64,000 bases of DNA from Endomicrobiia bacterium. Lineage in GTDB: Bacteria; Elusimicrobiota; Endomicrobiia; DTEH01. The notes under the pieces were generated by a model. It had not been told where the DNA came from and searched no databases. It saw only the letters and a program-made list of their open reading frames with translations. Positions 48,539-58,411 of the stretch are shown piece after piece (the stretch's first letter is position 1; every line of letters begins with the position of its first letter). The translations under genes were made by a program, and so were the position numbers. The DNA lies in contig JBCNUU010000003.1 in the NCBI GenBank assembly GCA_039630545.1, positions 1-64,000 of the forward strand, read 5' to 3'.

Positions 48539-49225
48539 ATGAAAGTTGTCTTTATTAATTTTTTTCTACTTTTTTTGATAAGTTCTTTATATTCTGAAAA
48601 ATTTAGTATTTTTGCCAACTTTGAAAGAGTTGTGGTGAGAGCTAATAATAAAGAGAGTATTTTAGGTAGTTTATGGTATTGGGGTTCTGATGAGTATTTT
48701 GTGGATATTTTTTTTCCGTTGAAACAAAAAATTAAATATAACAGCAAGAATTTTTACTTGTACTATCCAGATAACAACATAGCCTTTAAATTTTCTTTAA
48801 ACTCAATAAAAGATTTAATTTATTTTAATCCATTTTCTGCGCAGGAGATTGAAAAACTAGTAGAAAAATTAGGTTATAAGAAAAATGAAAAAAAATCTCA
48901 AAATAATTACTCTGAATATAAGAAAAAAAGTAGTTCATATATATTAGTAATTTTAAAAGATGAAAAAGGAAGAATAACTTCTCTAAAAATTAAAGACAAA
49001 AAAAATTTTGTTTTTGCACATGTGGTTTATGAGGAATATTATGAAGTAGATAATAGAAGCTTTCCTACAAGGCTGTCAGGAGTATTCTATGACGATATAA
49101 GAAAAGACTACTATTCAGAAAAAATAGAATACAAAGATATAAAAATAAATGAAAAAGTTCCAGATGAAATTGCAAATTTTTCTTTACCTCAGAATGTTTT
49201 AATAAAAGAGTTTGATTTTAAATAG
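48539..49225 (+). CDS. LolA-fold-like exported protein
   Basis: Signal peptide; A.F.R...G.L.Y, P..Q, Y.YYP and C-terminal IN..VPD..F.LP patterns. Confidence 0.6.
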   Translation: MKVVFINFFLLFLISSLYSEKFSIFANFERVVVRANNKESILGSLWYWGSDEYFVDIFFPLKQKIKYNSKNFYLYYPDNNIAFKFSLNSIKDLIYFNPFSAQEIEKLVEKLGYKKNEKKSQNNYSEYKKKSSSYILVILKDEKGRITSLKIKDKKNFVFAHVVYEEYYEVDNRSFPTRLSGVFYDDIRKDYYSEKIEYKDIKINEKVPDEIANFSLPQNVLIKEFDFK

Positions 49226-50405
49226 AATGAAAATAATAACTTTTTTATTTTTAGTATCTTTAGCTATTGCAGAAGAAGACTTTTTAAGTAAAGATATTTT
49301 TCAAAGTTTTACAATTACTGCAATAAAGTTTTATCAAAAAAATATCTCGCCTCTTAAAGTTTCTAGTTGTAGATATACTCCGAGTTGTTCTAATTATTCA
49401 CTACAAGCTATAAGAAACTATGGGACAACTATTGGGATATTGATGACAGCAGATAGGCTTCTTAGGTGCAATAGATGGGGTGAGTGGGGCTATGATCCTC
49501 CACAGAAACATTATATATTTGCATCATACAGAGAGGACAAAATATATGAGGGGCTGTTTTATGAAGATGTAAAAAGTGAATCTAGTGTTTTTTCTTTCGC
49601 AGATAAACTTTTTGAAGAAAAACTTTATGAGGAAGCATTAATTGAATATAAAAGAGTTCTTTTTGAAAATAAAAACTTATCTTATGATGAGAAATTATTT
49701 GGTGAATGGATGGTTGCAATTTGTTACTATAAACTTAAAAAGTATCAAAAAGCTTTAGATATATTTGAAAGTTTATATTCTAAAATAGAAAATGGACACA
49801 ACTTAAAACCTAAACTTCTTTTTATTAGAGCTAAAATCTACTATCAACTAAATTCTTTTAGCTTAGCCAGAGAATCATTAGATGAAATAGTTAAAATTAG
49901 TAAAGACAAAATGGGTGTAATAAAAGCATATATTTTGATAGCTATCTGTTGGCTTGAAGAAGAAAATTTTATTAAAGCTTTTGAAGTGTTTTCAAATATA
50001 GTGGATAAATTCCCAGATATAAAAGAAATACAAAAAATAAGACTTATCAAAGAAGAAATTGCAGAGTTTGAGAAAAAATTTAATAAGAAATCTAAAGTAG
50101 CTGCTGGTATTTTGTCGATTATACCTGGTTTAGGCAAGATTTATGCTGGAAAACCTAAAGACGGTATTTTTACTTTTGGTTTTATTTCAGCTCTTGGATA
50201 TCTTTCTTATGAAGGTATAAAAAATGAATTTTATCTTTTTGGTGGGCTTCTTAGTATTTTGACTTTTAATTTTTATTTAGGTAATATATACGGCGGGATA
50301 GATGCTGCTGTTGATTATAATAGAAAAAATGTTTTAGCGTTTAAAGAATATATAAAAAACGAGTTAAAAATTTTTTTTGAAGATATCTTTTTAGAAAAAT
50401 TATGA
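49212..50405 (+). CDS. YidD-domain / TPR / TM2-like fusion protein
   Basis: YQKNISP....CRYTPSCSNY...RLLRCN...GYDP (YidD); TPR helices; KSK..AGILSIIPGLG.IY (TM2-like). Confidence 0.8.
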   Translation: MILNRMKIITFLFLVSLAIAEEDFLSKDIFQSFTITAIKFYQKNISPLKVSSCRYTPSCSNYSLQAIRNYGTTIGILMTADRLLRCNRWGEWGYDPPQKHYIFASYREDKIYEGLFYEDVKSESSVFSFADKLFEEKLYEEALIEYKRVLFENKNLSYDEKLFGEWMVAICYYKLKKYQKALDIFESLYSKIENGHNLKPKLLFIRAKIYYQLNSFSLARESLDEIVKISKDKMGVIKAYILIAICWLEEENFIKAFEVFSNIVDKFPDIKEIQKIRLIKEEIAEFEKKFNKKSKVAAGILSIIPGLGKIYAGKPKDGIFTFGFISALGYLSYEGIKNEFYLFGGLLSILTFNFYLGNIYGGIDAAVDYNRKNVLAFKEYIKNELKIFFEDIFLEKL

Positions 50406-51412
50406 CAAAAATAATCTGTACGATAGGACCAGCTTCTGAAGACAAAAAAGTTTTGAAAGAAATGATAAAAGCAGGAATGAGTATGGCAAGAATTAACTTT
50501 TCTCACGGGAGTTATGAAGAAATTAAAAGAAGAGTCAACAACATCAAAAAAGTTTCAAAAGTTCTAAAAAAGAAAATCCCTATTTTTGCTGACTTACAAG
50601 GTCCTAAAATTAGAATTGGTAAAATAAAAAATGATAAGTTATTATTAAATATTGGAGATGAGTTTGTTATTACTACAAAAGAAATCCAAAAAGATTATAA
50701 AGTTAGTGTTGATTACAAGCTGTTGCCAAAATTTGTTAAACCCAAAGATAAAATTTTTATTGATGATGGAAAAATAGAATTAGAAGTTATTAGAGTAAAA
50801 AATGAGGAGATAATATGCAAAGTTGTTGTTGGTGGTGTTGTTTCTTCAAGAAAAGGAATAACTGTGAGGAATAAATTTTTACCATTAGATGCAGTTACAC
50901 AAGAAGATAAAAAAGATATAGAATTTGCTTTGTCTTTAGGTATAACATGGTTTGCTCAGTCGTTTGTAAGAGAAGCTAAAAATGTTGAAGAGTTAAAAGA
51001 GTATCTTAAAAGCTTAGATAAAACAAAAAAGTTTTTTATCATAGCAAAAATTGAAGATATGTATGGTTACAAAAACATAGATGAAATAATAAAAGTTGCT
51101 GATGGTGTGATGGTTGCAAGAGGAGATTTGGGTGTGTCTGTTGAACGTGCATTGGTCCCTATACTGCAGAAAGAAATTATAGAAAAAACCAACAAAGCAA
51201 AAAAGTTAGATATAGTTGCTACTCAGATGTTAGAAACAATGGTTGAAAATCCCTATCCTACAAGAGCAGAAGTAAACGATGTTGCAGTTGCTGTTATGCA
51301 GAAAGCTGACTATGTGATGCTTTCAGCAGAAACAGCCGTTGGTAGGTATCCTGTTTTAGCTGTTAAAGAAATGAAAAGAATAATAGATGTTGTTGAAAAT
51401 TATAAAAAATAA
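50402..51412 (+). CDS. pyk: Pyruvate kinase (short form, no C domain)
   Basis: TKIICTIGP, RINFSHG, DLQGPKIR, MVARGDLG, ATQMLE, PTRAE. Confidence 0.95.
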   Translation: MTKIICTIGPASEDKKVLKEMIKAGMSMARINFSHGSYEEIKRRVNNIKKVSKVLKKKIPIFADLQGPKIRIGKIKNDKLLLNIGDEFVITTKEIQKDYKVSVDYKLLPKFVKPKDKIFIDDGKIELEVIRVKNEEIICKVVVGGVVSSRKGITVRNKFLPLDAVTQEDKKDIEFALSLGITWFAQSFVREAKNVEELKEYLKSLDKTKKFFIIAKIEDMYGYKNIDEIIKVADGVMVARGDLGVSVERALVPILQKEIIEKTNKAKKLDIVATQMLETMVENPYPTRAEVNDVAVAVMQKADYVMLSAETAVGRYPVLAVKEMKRIIDVVENYKK

Positions 51413-51455
51413 AACTCCTTCTAAGTTCCTTGTCTAAACTTAAACTTTCCTTTTC

Positions 51456-51494
51456 TTAACAGAAAATTAATTTTTCGTTTATATTTAATTAATA
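51456..51494 (+). promoter_or_regulatory. Pho-box-like array (4 hexamers, 11-bp period) upstream of the sigma factor
   Basis: TTAACA 51456, TTAATT 51467, TTTATA 51478, TTAATA 51489; resembles the TT(A/T/C)ACA-N5 PhoP repeat. Confidence 0.6.
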
Positions 51495-51518
51495 CTCCTA
51501 TTGTATATTTTTTAAAAT

Positions 51519-52040
51519 ATGAAAAATGATCTAAAAAATAACAAATTCGATAAAAAATTTTTTGGTTTAGTTTATGCTATTGCGTCTAAATATAAAAACA
51601 ATTTCATAGATTTCGATGATATTCTTCAAGAAGGTTTTTTGGGTCTTTACAAAGCTTGGAAGAAATTTGATAGCTCAAAAGGAATTCTTTTTTCTACCTA
51701 TGCTGCTTATTGGATAAAAAAACAAATACTACAATATATAAATATGAATAAAAAACAAAATTTAATTTGTTTTGATGAAGTTGAACCTCATAAACTATCA
51801 TATCAAGAAAGTTATTTTATAGAAAATGAAGATAGTACTGTTAATTTTGAGCAAGAGGATTTTTCTGACTTAGAGAAAAAAATATTAGATTTAACTTTTA
51901 ATAAGAAAATAACATTAAAGTTGATTGCTGAAAAAACTAATTTAACAACAGAAAGAGTAAGACAGATTCTCTCCAGAGCATTAAGGAAAATAAAAATTAA
52001 CAAAAAATTAACAGAAAATTTATTAAAAGTTAATCTTTAA
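51519..52040 (+). CDS. Small sigma-70-family factor (regions 2 and 4 only)
   Basis: DILQEGFLGL.KA..KFD..KG..FSTYA.YWI; TL..IA...NLT.ERVRQI..RALRK. Confidence 0.88.
   Translation: MKNDLKNNKFDKKFFGLVYAIASKYKNNFIDFDDILQEGFLGLYKAWKKFDSSKGILFSTYAAYWIKKQILQYINMNKKQNLICFDEVEPHKLSYQESYFIENEDSTVNFEQEDFSDLEKKILDLTFNKKITLKLIAEKTNLTTERVRQILSRALRKIKINKKLTENLLKVNL
51997..52035 (+). promoter_or_regulatory. Pho-box-like array upstream of the porin-pst operon, inside the 3' end of the sigma gene
   Basis: TTAACA 51997, TTAACA 52008, TTTATT 52019, TTAATC 52030 (11-bp period); shares TTAACAGAAAATT with the upstream array. Confidence 0.7.
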
Positions 52041-52142
52041 ATTGTAAAAATCAAAAATGCGGGTGAGCAAAGACATACTTGGTTTTTTTTGATAATTTTT
52101 TTATTGCGAAAACTTCAAAAATTTTTAAAAAGGAGGTACAAA

Positions 52143-53408
52143 ATGAAAAAAAATATCAAAAAAATCCTAATTCTCATATTTTTGTATCTATTTAGTCTGT
52201 TTAATAATATAGTTGCACAGAACATTGCAGATCCACTTATAAATAAACTTATAGAAAAAGGAGTAATAGAATCATATGAAGCCCAGGAGGTAAGAAATGA
52301 GATAAGTAAAGTAGAGAAAAAAAAGATTGATGAAGAAAAAGCAAAAGAAGAGGAGCAGAAAAAACAAGATAAGTATAAACTTAAAACAAGTGGTTATTTA
52401 CAGTTAGTTTATACTTTAGATGAGTCAACTTCAGCTACAGCACATCCTGGTAAATACAGAGATCCACTCTATATAAGAAGAGCAAGAATTTCATTTAGAC
52501 AGCAGATTAATGACTGGGTTGGTTTTAATATAACACCTGAATTTGCAAGAAGTGGAGATCCTTTAGAGACAGAAGACATCTCAGTTGTTAGAACAACTTC
52601 TCCTCATACAACGGCCACTGTAACAAGGGTAAGGAGGGTTCCTGTTATAGAGTTTAAAGGAGCTTATGTGGATTTGACCTTTAATGATTTTTTGAATTTT
52701 AGAATAGGCCAGTTTAATCAGCCTTTTGGTTTTGAAAATGTGTTTTCCTCTAGCAAGAAAATATTTCCAATAGATACTTTACAGTTTATGAGAAATGTAT
52801 TGCCTTCTGATTATGATTTTGGTATACAATACTCTTTAAATTATAAAAAAATGCTTTCTTTGCAAGTAGCAGCCTTGAATGGAACTACCCATCAGAGAGA
52901 GACAAATAACAGAAAAGATATTTCTACCAAAATATCATTTGAACCAAGAATGTTTTTTGAATTCTTAAAAGGTTTTGAGTTATCCTTTTCATATTATGAT
53001 AGATATTATGGAGAGATTGTTACTACTACTGTAACTCCTAAAAATGGTCAACATTACAATGTTTATCTGAAACTTGAAAGAGAAGTTCTTTTTCCAGTAT
53101 TTTTAACTGCTGAGTATGTCTGGGGGAAGAATTACACTCTTACTAATGATGTAAAAAGTTTAATTTGTACATTGGAAATAAAACCCTTAGAAAAAACCTT
53201 TCTTAAAGGATTAGCTCCAGCTTTTAGATATGAAAGTTGGGATCCTAACATCAACAAATCAGATGATGAGGTTGAAATATATACAGCTGGTATAAATTAC
53301 TATCCTAATAAGAATGTTAGATTTCTTGTAGACTACAGAATTTCTAATGAAAAACCAAAAGACTTAACAAACAACAAATTAAACATAATGGCTCAAGTTT
53401 CTTTTTGA
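52143..53408 (+). CDS. Phosphate-selective porin (OprO/OprP-like)
   Basis: Signal peptide, L..KGVI, IRRAR, GQF.QPFG.E, C-terminal QVSF; heads the pst operon; start at ATG after AGGAGG. Confidence 0.8.
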   Translation: MKKNIKKILILIFLYLFSLFNNIVAQNIADPLINKLIEKGVIESYEAQEVRNEISKVEKKKIDEEKAKEEEQKKQDKYKLKTSGYLQLVYTLDESTSATAHPGKYRDPLYIRRARISFRQQINDWVGFNITPEFARSGDPLETEDISVVRTTSPHTTATVTRVRRVPVIEFKGAYVDLTFNDFLNFRIGQFNQPFGFENVFSSSKKIFPIDTLQFMRNVLPSDYDFGIQYSLNYKKMLSLQVAALNGTTHQRETNNRKDISTKISFEPRMFFEFLKGFELSFSYYDRYYGEIVTTTVTPKNGQHYNVYLKLEREVLFPVFLTAEYVWGKNYTLTNDVKSLICTLEIKPLEKTFLKGLAPAFRYESWDPNINKSDDEVEIYTAGINYYPNKNVRFLVDYRISNEKPKDLTNNKLNIMAQVSF

Positions 53409-53433
53409 AACTTAATAAAAGGAGGTATTAACT

Positions 53434-54462
53434 ATGAAAAAATTATTAACAAAATTTCTTGTATCTATATTATCTCTTAATCTCTCACTACCTGCTTTTT
53501 CACAAAAAATAATTTTAATAAATGGCGCTGGTGCAACTTTCCCATATCCACTTTACTCAAAATGGTTTTATGAATATGCAAAGATAGATAAAACAGTAAA
53601 CTTTAATTATCAATCAATAGGTTCAGGTGGTGGTATAAGACAGATTATAGCAAAAACAGTTGATTTTGGTGCTACAGATGCTGTAATGACAAAAGAACAA
53701 GAAAAACAGGCAGGAGAGGAAATACTTCATATACCTATGACTGCAGGAGCTGTTGTTTTAATATATAATGTACCAGAACTAAAACAGCAGCTAAATCTTT
53801 CTGCTGAACTTATATCAGGAATTTTTCTTGGCAAAATCACAAGATGGAATGACAAAAAAATACAGCAAGAAAACCCAGGAGTAAACTTACCAAATAAAAA
53901 AATTATAGTAGCAAGAAGGTCAGATGGTTCAGGAACCACTTTTATATTTACAGATTATCTTTGTGAAGTTTCAAACGAGTGGAAGTCAAAAGTCGGCAAA
54001 GGAACTTCTGTGAACTGGCCTGTTGGTCTTGGTGGTAAGGGTAACGAGGGTGTTGCGGGTATAGTTAAAAACACACCTTATTCAATTGGATATGTAGAGA
54101 TATCTTATGCAATCCAGAATAACTTAAGCTATGCAAAAGTAAAAAATAAAGCAGGCAAATATATAAGTCCATCTGTTGAAGCAATAACAGCTGCTATAGA
54201 AGAGAAGGCAAAAAATATGCCTGCTGACTATAAAGTTTCAATAGTAAATCCAGATGGAGAAAAGGCATATCCTATATGTGGTTTTACCTGGTTATTAGTA
54301 TATAAGAAACAACAAGACAAACAAAAAGGAGAAAAATTAGTAAACTTCTTAAAATGGGCTGTCACCGATGGTCAAAAATACTGTGCAGATTTAATATATG
54401 CTCCACTTCCTGATAATCTTGTAAAAATGGTGCTTGAAACTATAAAAAAAATAGAGTATTAA
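53434..54462 (+). CDS. pstS: Phosphate ABC transporter substrate-binding protein
   Basis: GAGATFPYP, NYQSIGSGGG, RSDGSGTT, GKGNEGV. Confidence 0.97.
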   Translation: MKKLLTKFLVSILSLNLSLPAFSQKIILINGAGATFPYPLYSKWFYEYAKIDKTVNFNYQSIGSGGGIRQIIAKTVDFGATDAVMTKEQEKQAGEEILHIPMTAGAVVLIYNVPELKQQLNLSAELISGIFLGKITRWNDKKIQQENPGVNLPNKKIIVARRSDGSGTTFIFTDYLCEVSNEWKSKVGKGTSVNWPVGLGGKGNEGVAGIVKNTPYSIGYVEISYAIQNNLSYAKVKNKAGKYISPSVEAITAAIEEKAKNMPADYKVSIVNPDGEKAYPICGFTWLLVYKKQQDKQKGEKLVNFLKWAVTDGQKYCADLIYAPLPDNLVKMVLETIKKIEY

Positions 54463-54499
54463 TAAAGTACTAAAATTTTTACTTGTTCTTTTTATTTGG

Positions 54500-54537
54500 G
54501 GGTAGCCAGTAAAAGATTGCTGGCTACCCAATTTTTT
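54500..54537 (+). terminator. Stem-loop between pstS and pstC (terminator or mRNA stabiliser)
   Basis: GGGTAGCCAGTAA-AAGA-TTGCTGGCTACCC followed by AATTTTTT. Confidence 0.8.
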
Positions 54538-54540
54538 AAT

Positions 54541-55464
54541 ATGAAAAATAAGAATTTTGCAGATAAAACTTTTTTTAGCATTACAAGAATAGCATCTATT
54601 TTTTGTTTAGTTTTGATAATTCTTTTATTTTTGATGTTAATAAAAGAGTCATTGTTGGCTTTTAATAAATTTGGTTTTAAGTTTTTTATCAGTAAAGTTT
54701 GGGATCCAGTCTTTGAAGAATATGGAGCCTTGCCTTTTATTTATGGCACTGTAGTATCATCTATTTTAGCTATAATTATTTCTTTCCCATTGTCTTTAGG
54801 TATAGCTTTATTTCTTTCAGAATTTGCTGGAAGTAAACTAAAAGAATTTTTAAGCGTTATAATTTCGTTGTTAGCAGGGATCCCAAGTGTTATTTATGGA
54901 TTATGGGGCATATTTGTTTTAGCACCAATTTTAAGAGGTTATGTAGAACCATTTTTACAAAAAATTTTTGGATTTTTACCGATTTTTTCAGGTGAACCGT
55001 ACGGTCTTGATATGTTAGCAGCAGGGATAATTTTAAGTATAATGATAACACCAACAATTTCTTCTATTTCTAAAGATGTTTTTGAAGCAGTCCCAAGAAG
55101 TCTAAGAGAAGCAGCATTAAGTCTAGGCGCTACAAAGTGGGAAATGATAAAAATTTCGGTTTTAAAACCAGCTAAACAGGGCATAATTGGTGCTGTGATT
55201 TTAGGTTTAGGTAGAGCCGTCGGCGAGACTATGGCTGTAACAATGGTGATAGGAAATGTTCATGAGATATCTTTATCTCTTTTTCATCCTTCAGCAACTT
55301 TAGCATCTGTTATAGCAAATGAGTTTGCTGAAGCGACGACTGACTTATATATGTCAAGTTTGTTCACAATAGGTTTAACTTTGTTTGTTGTTACTATAAT
55401 GCTAAATATAATAGCAAAGTTTTTAGTGTATTCAACCACTAGAAAATATAAAAAATTGTTATGA
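54541..55464 (+). CDS. pstC: Phosphate ABC transporter permease
   Basis: LAGIPSVIYGLWG, EAA..LGAT.WE, GRA.GETMAV; start moved to ATG 54541, past the hairpin. Confidence 0.95.
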   Translation: MKNKNFADKTFFSITRIASIFCLVLIILLFLMLIKESLLAFNKFGFKFFISKVWDPVFEEYGALPFIYGTVVSSILAIIISFPLSLGIALFLSEFAGSKLKEFLSVIISLLAGIPSVIYGLWGIFVLAPILRGYVEPFLQKIFGFLPIFSGEPYGLDMLAAGIILSIMITPTISSISKDVFEAVPRSLREAALSLGATKWEMIKISVLKPAKQGIIGAVILGLGRAVGETMAVTMVIGNVHEISLSLFHPSATLASVIANEFAEATTDLYMSSLFTIGLTLFVVTIMLNIIAKFLVYSTTRKYKKLL

Positions 55465-56294
55465 AGAGAAAAATAGTAGATAAATTTATGCAATTTCTTA
55501 TATATTCTTCTGGTGTAATAATTTGTGGAATTTTACTTTTTATTTTTAGTTATATAGTGATTAAAGGTATAGCTTCTTTGAATATAGATTTTTTTATTAG
55601 GTTACCAAAACCTGTTGGGGAAAAGGGCGGAGGTATGGTAAATGCTATTGTAGGTAGTTTTATTCTTGTTGGTTTAGCAAGTTTATGGGCTGTTCCAATA
55701 AGTGTGCTTACAGGAATATATCTTGCTGAATTTTCTGATAATAAGAAAGAATCAAAATTTATTTATGTTTTAAGGTTTCTTTTAGATGTGCTTTCAGGCG
55801 TTCCTTCAATAGTTATCGGTATATTTGCTTATAGTTTAATAGTAGTTCCTATGAAGAAGTTTTCTGCTATAGCTGGTGCATTTTCGTTAGGTATTATTAT
55901 GTTACCAGTTATCACAAGGACTACTGAAGAAATGATGAAAATGGTTCCCAGAACCATAAGGGAGGCATCTTTAGGCTTAGGAATTAGTAATTGGAAAACA
56001 GTAGTTTTTGTTATACTAGCCACAGCAAAACCTGGAATAATTACAGGTATACTTTTAGCAGTGGCAAGGATTTTTGGTGAGACAGCACCTCTTCTTTTTA
56101 CCGCTTTTGGTAACAGGTTCTGGCACAGAAGCTTGACGGACCCAATTGCTTCTTTGCCACTTCAGATTTTTGCTTATGCAATTTCACCTTATGAAGACTG
56201 GCATAGACAGGCATGGGCTGGTGCTTTGGTTTTAATTTTAATAGTTTATTTTATAATTTTAATCAGTAGAAAAATTCTACTTAAATATAAATAG
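55461..56294 (+). CDS. pstA: Phosphate ABC transporter permease
   Basis: GIYLAEF, GVPSIV.G, AR..GETAPLL. Confidence 0.95.
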   Translation: MKRKIVDKFMQFLIYSSGVIICGILLFIFSYIVIKGIASLNIDFFIRLPKPVGEKGGGMVNAIVGSFILVGLASLWAVPISVLTGIYLAEFSDNKKESKFIYVLRFLLDVLSGVPSIVIGIFAYSLIVVPMKKFSAIAGAFSLGIIMLPVITRTTEEMMKMVPRTIREASLGLGISNWKTVVFVILATAKPGIITGILLAVARIFGETAPLLFTAFGNRFWHRSLTDPIASLPLQIFAYAISPYEDWHRQAWAGALVLILIVYFIILISRKILLKYK

Positions 56295-56320
56295 CTCTTT
56301 TGTCTTATCATGGAGGATAT

Positions 56321-57082
56321 ATGGAAGAAGTTAAAGTTGAAATTAAAAACTTGTATGCTTGGTATGGACCACAGGAAGTGTTAAAAAATATTTCTTTATC
56401 AATATACAAAAACAAAGTTACTGCAATTATAGGGCCATCTGGTTGTGGTAAATCGACATTGATAAGGTGTATAAATCGTCTTCATGAGGTAGTTCCGAAT
56501 GCAAAGGTTAAAGGAGAGATAATTTTAGATGGCAAAAACATATATGATGCAGATGTCGATCCGATGGATGTAAGGAGAAAAGTTGGTATGGTTTTTCAAC
56601 AGCCAAATCCTTTCCCAACGATGACAATTTTTGACAATGTTGCAATAGGACTTAAGTTAAATGGTATAAGAAATAAATCTGTTATTGCAGAAACAGTAAA
56701 AACTGCTTTAGAAGAAGCTGGTCTTTATGCCGAGGTTGCACATAAGCTTTATAGCTATGGCACACATCTTTCTGGTGGGCAGCAGCAAAGGCTGTGCATT
56801 GCAAGAACACTGGCTTTGAAACCAGAGGTGATTTTGTTTGATGAACCATGTTCTGCGTTAGATCCTATATCTACAGCAAAAATAGAAGAACTAATAGTAG
56901 AGCTTAAAAAAAATCATACAATAATAATAGTAACTCATAATCTTCAACAAGCAGCAAGAGTTTCTGACTATACAGCATTTCTTTACTTAGGAGAACTTAT
57001 AGAATATGGACCTACTCATTCAATTTTTACTGCACCAAAAATGAAGAAAACAGAAGAGTATATAATGGGAAGATTTGGATAA
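56321..57082 (+). CDS. pstB: Phosphate ABC transporter ATPase
   Basis: [45 protein letters not shown]. Confidence 0.97.
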   Translation: MEEVKVEIKNLYAWYGPQEVLKNISLSIYKNKVTAIIGPSGCGKSTLIRCINRLHEVVPNAKVKGEIILDGKNIYDADVDPMDVRRKVGMVFQQPNPFPTMTIFDNVAIGLKLNGIRNKSVIAETVKTALEEAGLYAEVAHKLYSYGTHLSGGQQQRLCIARTLALKPEVILFDEPCSALDPISTAKIEELIVELKKNHTIIIVTHNLQQAARVSDYTAFLYLGELIEYGPTHSIFTAPKMKKTEEYIMGRFG

Positions 57083-57087
57083 TTATT

Positions 57088-57501
57088 ATGAGAAAAAAAG
57101 TTTTATTTATATGTACACATAATTCTAACAGATCTCAGATTGCAGAAGCATTGCTTAATCATTTATATCCAGAAAAATACGAGGCATATAGTGCTGGAAC
57201 CCAACCATCAAAAGTAAATGAATACGCAGTAACGGTCTTGAAAGAAATAGGTATTGATATAAGCAAAAGTAGATCAAAACATATAGACGAATTTAAAAAT
57301 GAAGTTTTTGATTATGTAGTAACAGTTTGTGATTCAGCAAAAGAAACCTGTCCTTTTTTTCCAAATGCAAAGGAGTTCATACATAAAAGTTTTTGCGATC
57401 CGACAGAATATGTTGGTCCAAACGATGAAAAGTTAGAAAAATTTAGAACCTTAAGGGAAGAAATTAAAAAATTTATAATTGAAAAATTTGGGAGGGAATA
57501 A
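57088..57501 (+). CDS. arsC: Arsenate reductase, thioredoxin-coupled LMW-PTP family
   Basis: CTHNSNRSQIAE P-loop, SAGT, VVTVCDSAKETCP. Confidence 0.88.
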   Translation: MRKKVLFICTHNSNRSQIAEALLNHLYPEKYEAYSAGTQPSKVNEYAVTVLKEIGIDISKSRSKHIDEFKNEVFDYVVTVCDSAKETCPFFPNAKEFIHKSFCDPTEYVGPNDEKLEKFRTLREEIKKFIIEKFGRE

Positions 57502-58170
57502 ATGCTTGAAGAAAAAATTTCAAAATTAAAAAATCAAATTATTGAATACTCAAATCTAATAATTGATATGTTTAGTGATTCTTTGAGATCTATTTTTTCT
57601 ACCAATAAAGAAAATCTACAAGAGATAATAAAGGAAAAAGAAGTTAAAGCAAATGAATACGAGATTGAGTTAGAGGAGAAGTGTATATATGTAATTGCTC
57701 AATATGAGCCAAAAGCTTTTGATTTAAGATTTATTCTTTCAGTTTTGAAAATGACAAATGATTTAGAAAGGATGGGAGATCATATTGTGAATATTTCACA
57801 GAGTGGTGTTTTTCTTATGGAACATAACAAAGCTTTAATTTCAGAATATAAAATAGATATTGAGAAAATTTTTAATTTGACTCATAATATGTTTACAGAA
57901 AGTATAACTTCGTTTATAGAAGAAAATCCTATAGCAGCAAAAAAACTCTGCGAGTTAGATCAACAAGTAGATGATCTAAAAAAACAAATTTATAGAAAGA
58001 TAATAGAAGACATCAAAACAAATCCTAAAGATATTGAAGATTATATTCATCTTGAGCGCATAATAAATAATATAGAACGCATAGCAGACCTTACTACGAA
58101 TATCTGTGAAGATATTATTTTTCTTTACGAGGCAAGAATTATTAAACACCACAGAGATGAAAAACTTTAA
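57502..58170 (+). CDS. phoU: Phosphate signalling complex protein
   Basis: P.A.DLR, DLERMGDH, D..VD, ERIAD..TNI.E. Confidence 0.95.
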   Translation: MLEEKISKLKNQIIEYSNLIIDMFSDSLRSIFSTNKENLQEIIKEKEVKANEYEIELEEKCIYVIAQYEPKAFDLRFILSVLKMTNDLERMGDHIVNISQSGVFLMEHNKALISEYKIDIEKIFNLTHNMFTESITSFIEENPIAAKKLCELDQQVDDLKKQIYRKIIEDIKTNPKDIEDYIHLERIINNIERIADLTTNICEDIIFLYEARIIKHHRDEKL

Positions 58171-58173
58171 CAT

Positions 58174-58407
58174 TTAAGCATTTCTATTGTTTTTTTTCTT
58201 CTTTGAACTATATGTGATAAGTAAACCTACAAGGACTAAAAAAACAGAAATTATCAATGGTATAGGCAAAGCTAGACCTTTTATGATATAGCTTAAATCT
58301 AAATAAACTACAGCATTATAGCCAAAATTTATTATATCCAGTGTGGTTTTTATAGCATATAAAACACCAGAAAGAAAAATAATAATACCTATTATATTTC
58401 GCAGCAT
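58174..58407 (-). CDS. Small hypothetical membrane protein
   Basis: Two hydrophobic segments, basic tail, in operon position. Confidence 0.6.
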   Translation of the reverse strand: MLRNIIGIIIFLSGVLYAIKTTLDIINFGYNAVVYLDLSYIIKGLALPIPLIISVFLVLVGLLITYSSKKKKNNRNA

Positions 58408-58411
58408 TTAT

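Noticed and set aside
52046..52091. Possible hairpin/terminator before the porin gene
   Set aside because: The stem is A/T-rich with mismatches; too weak to call.
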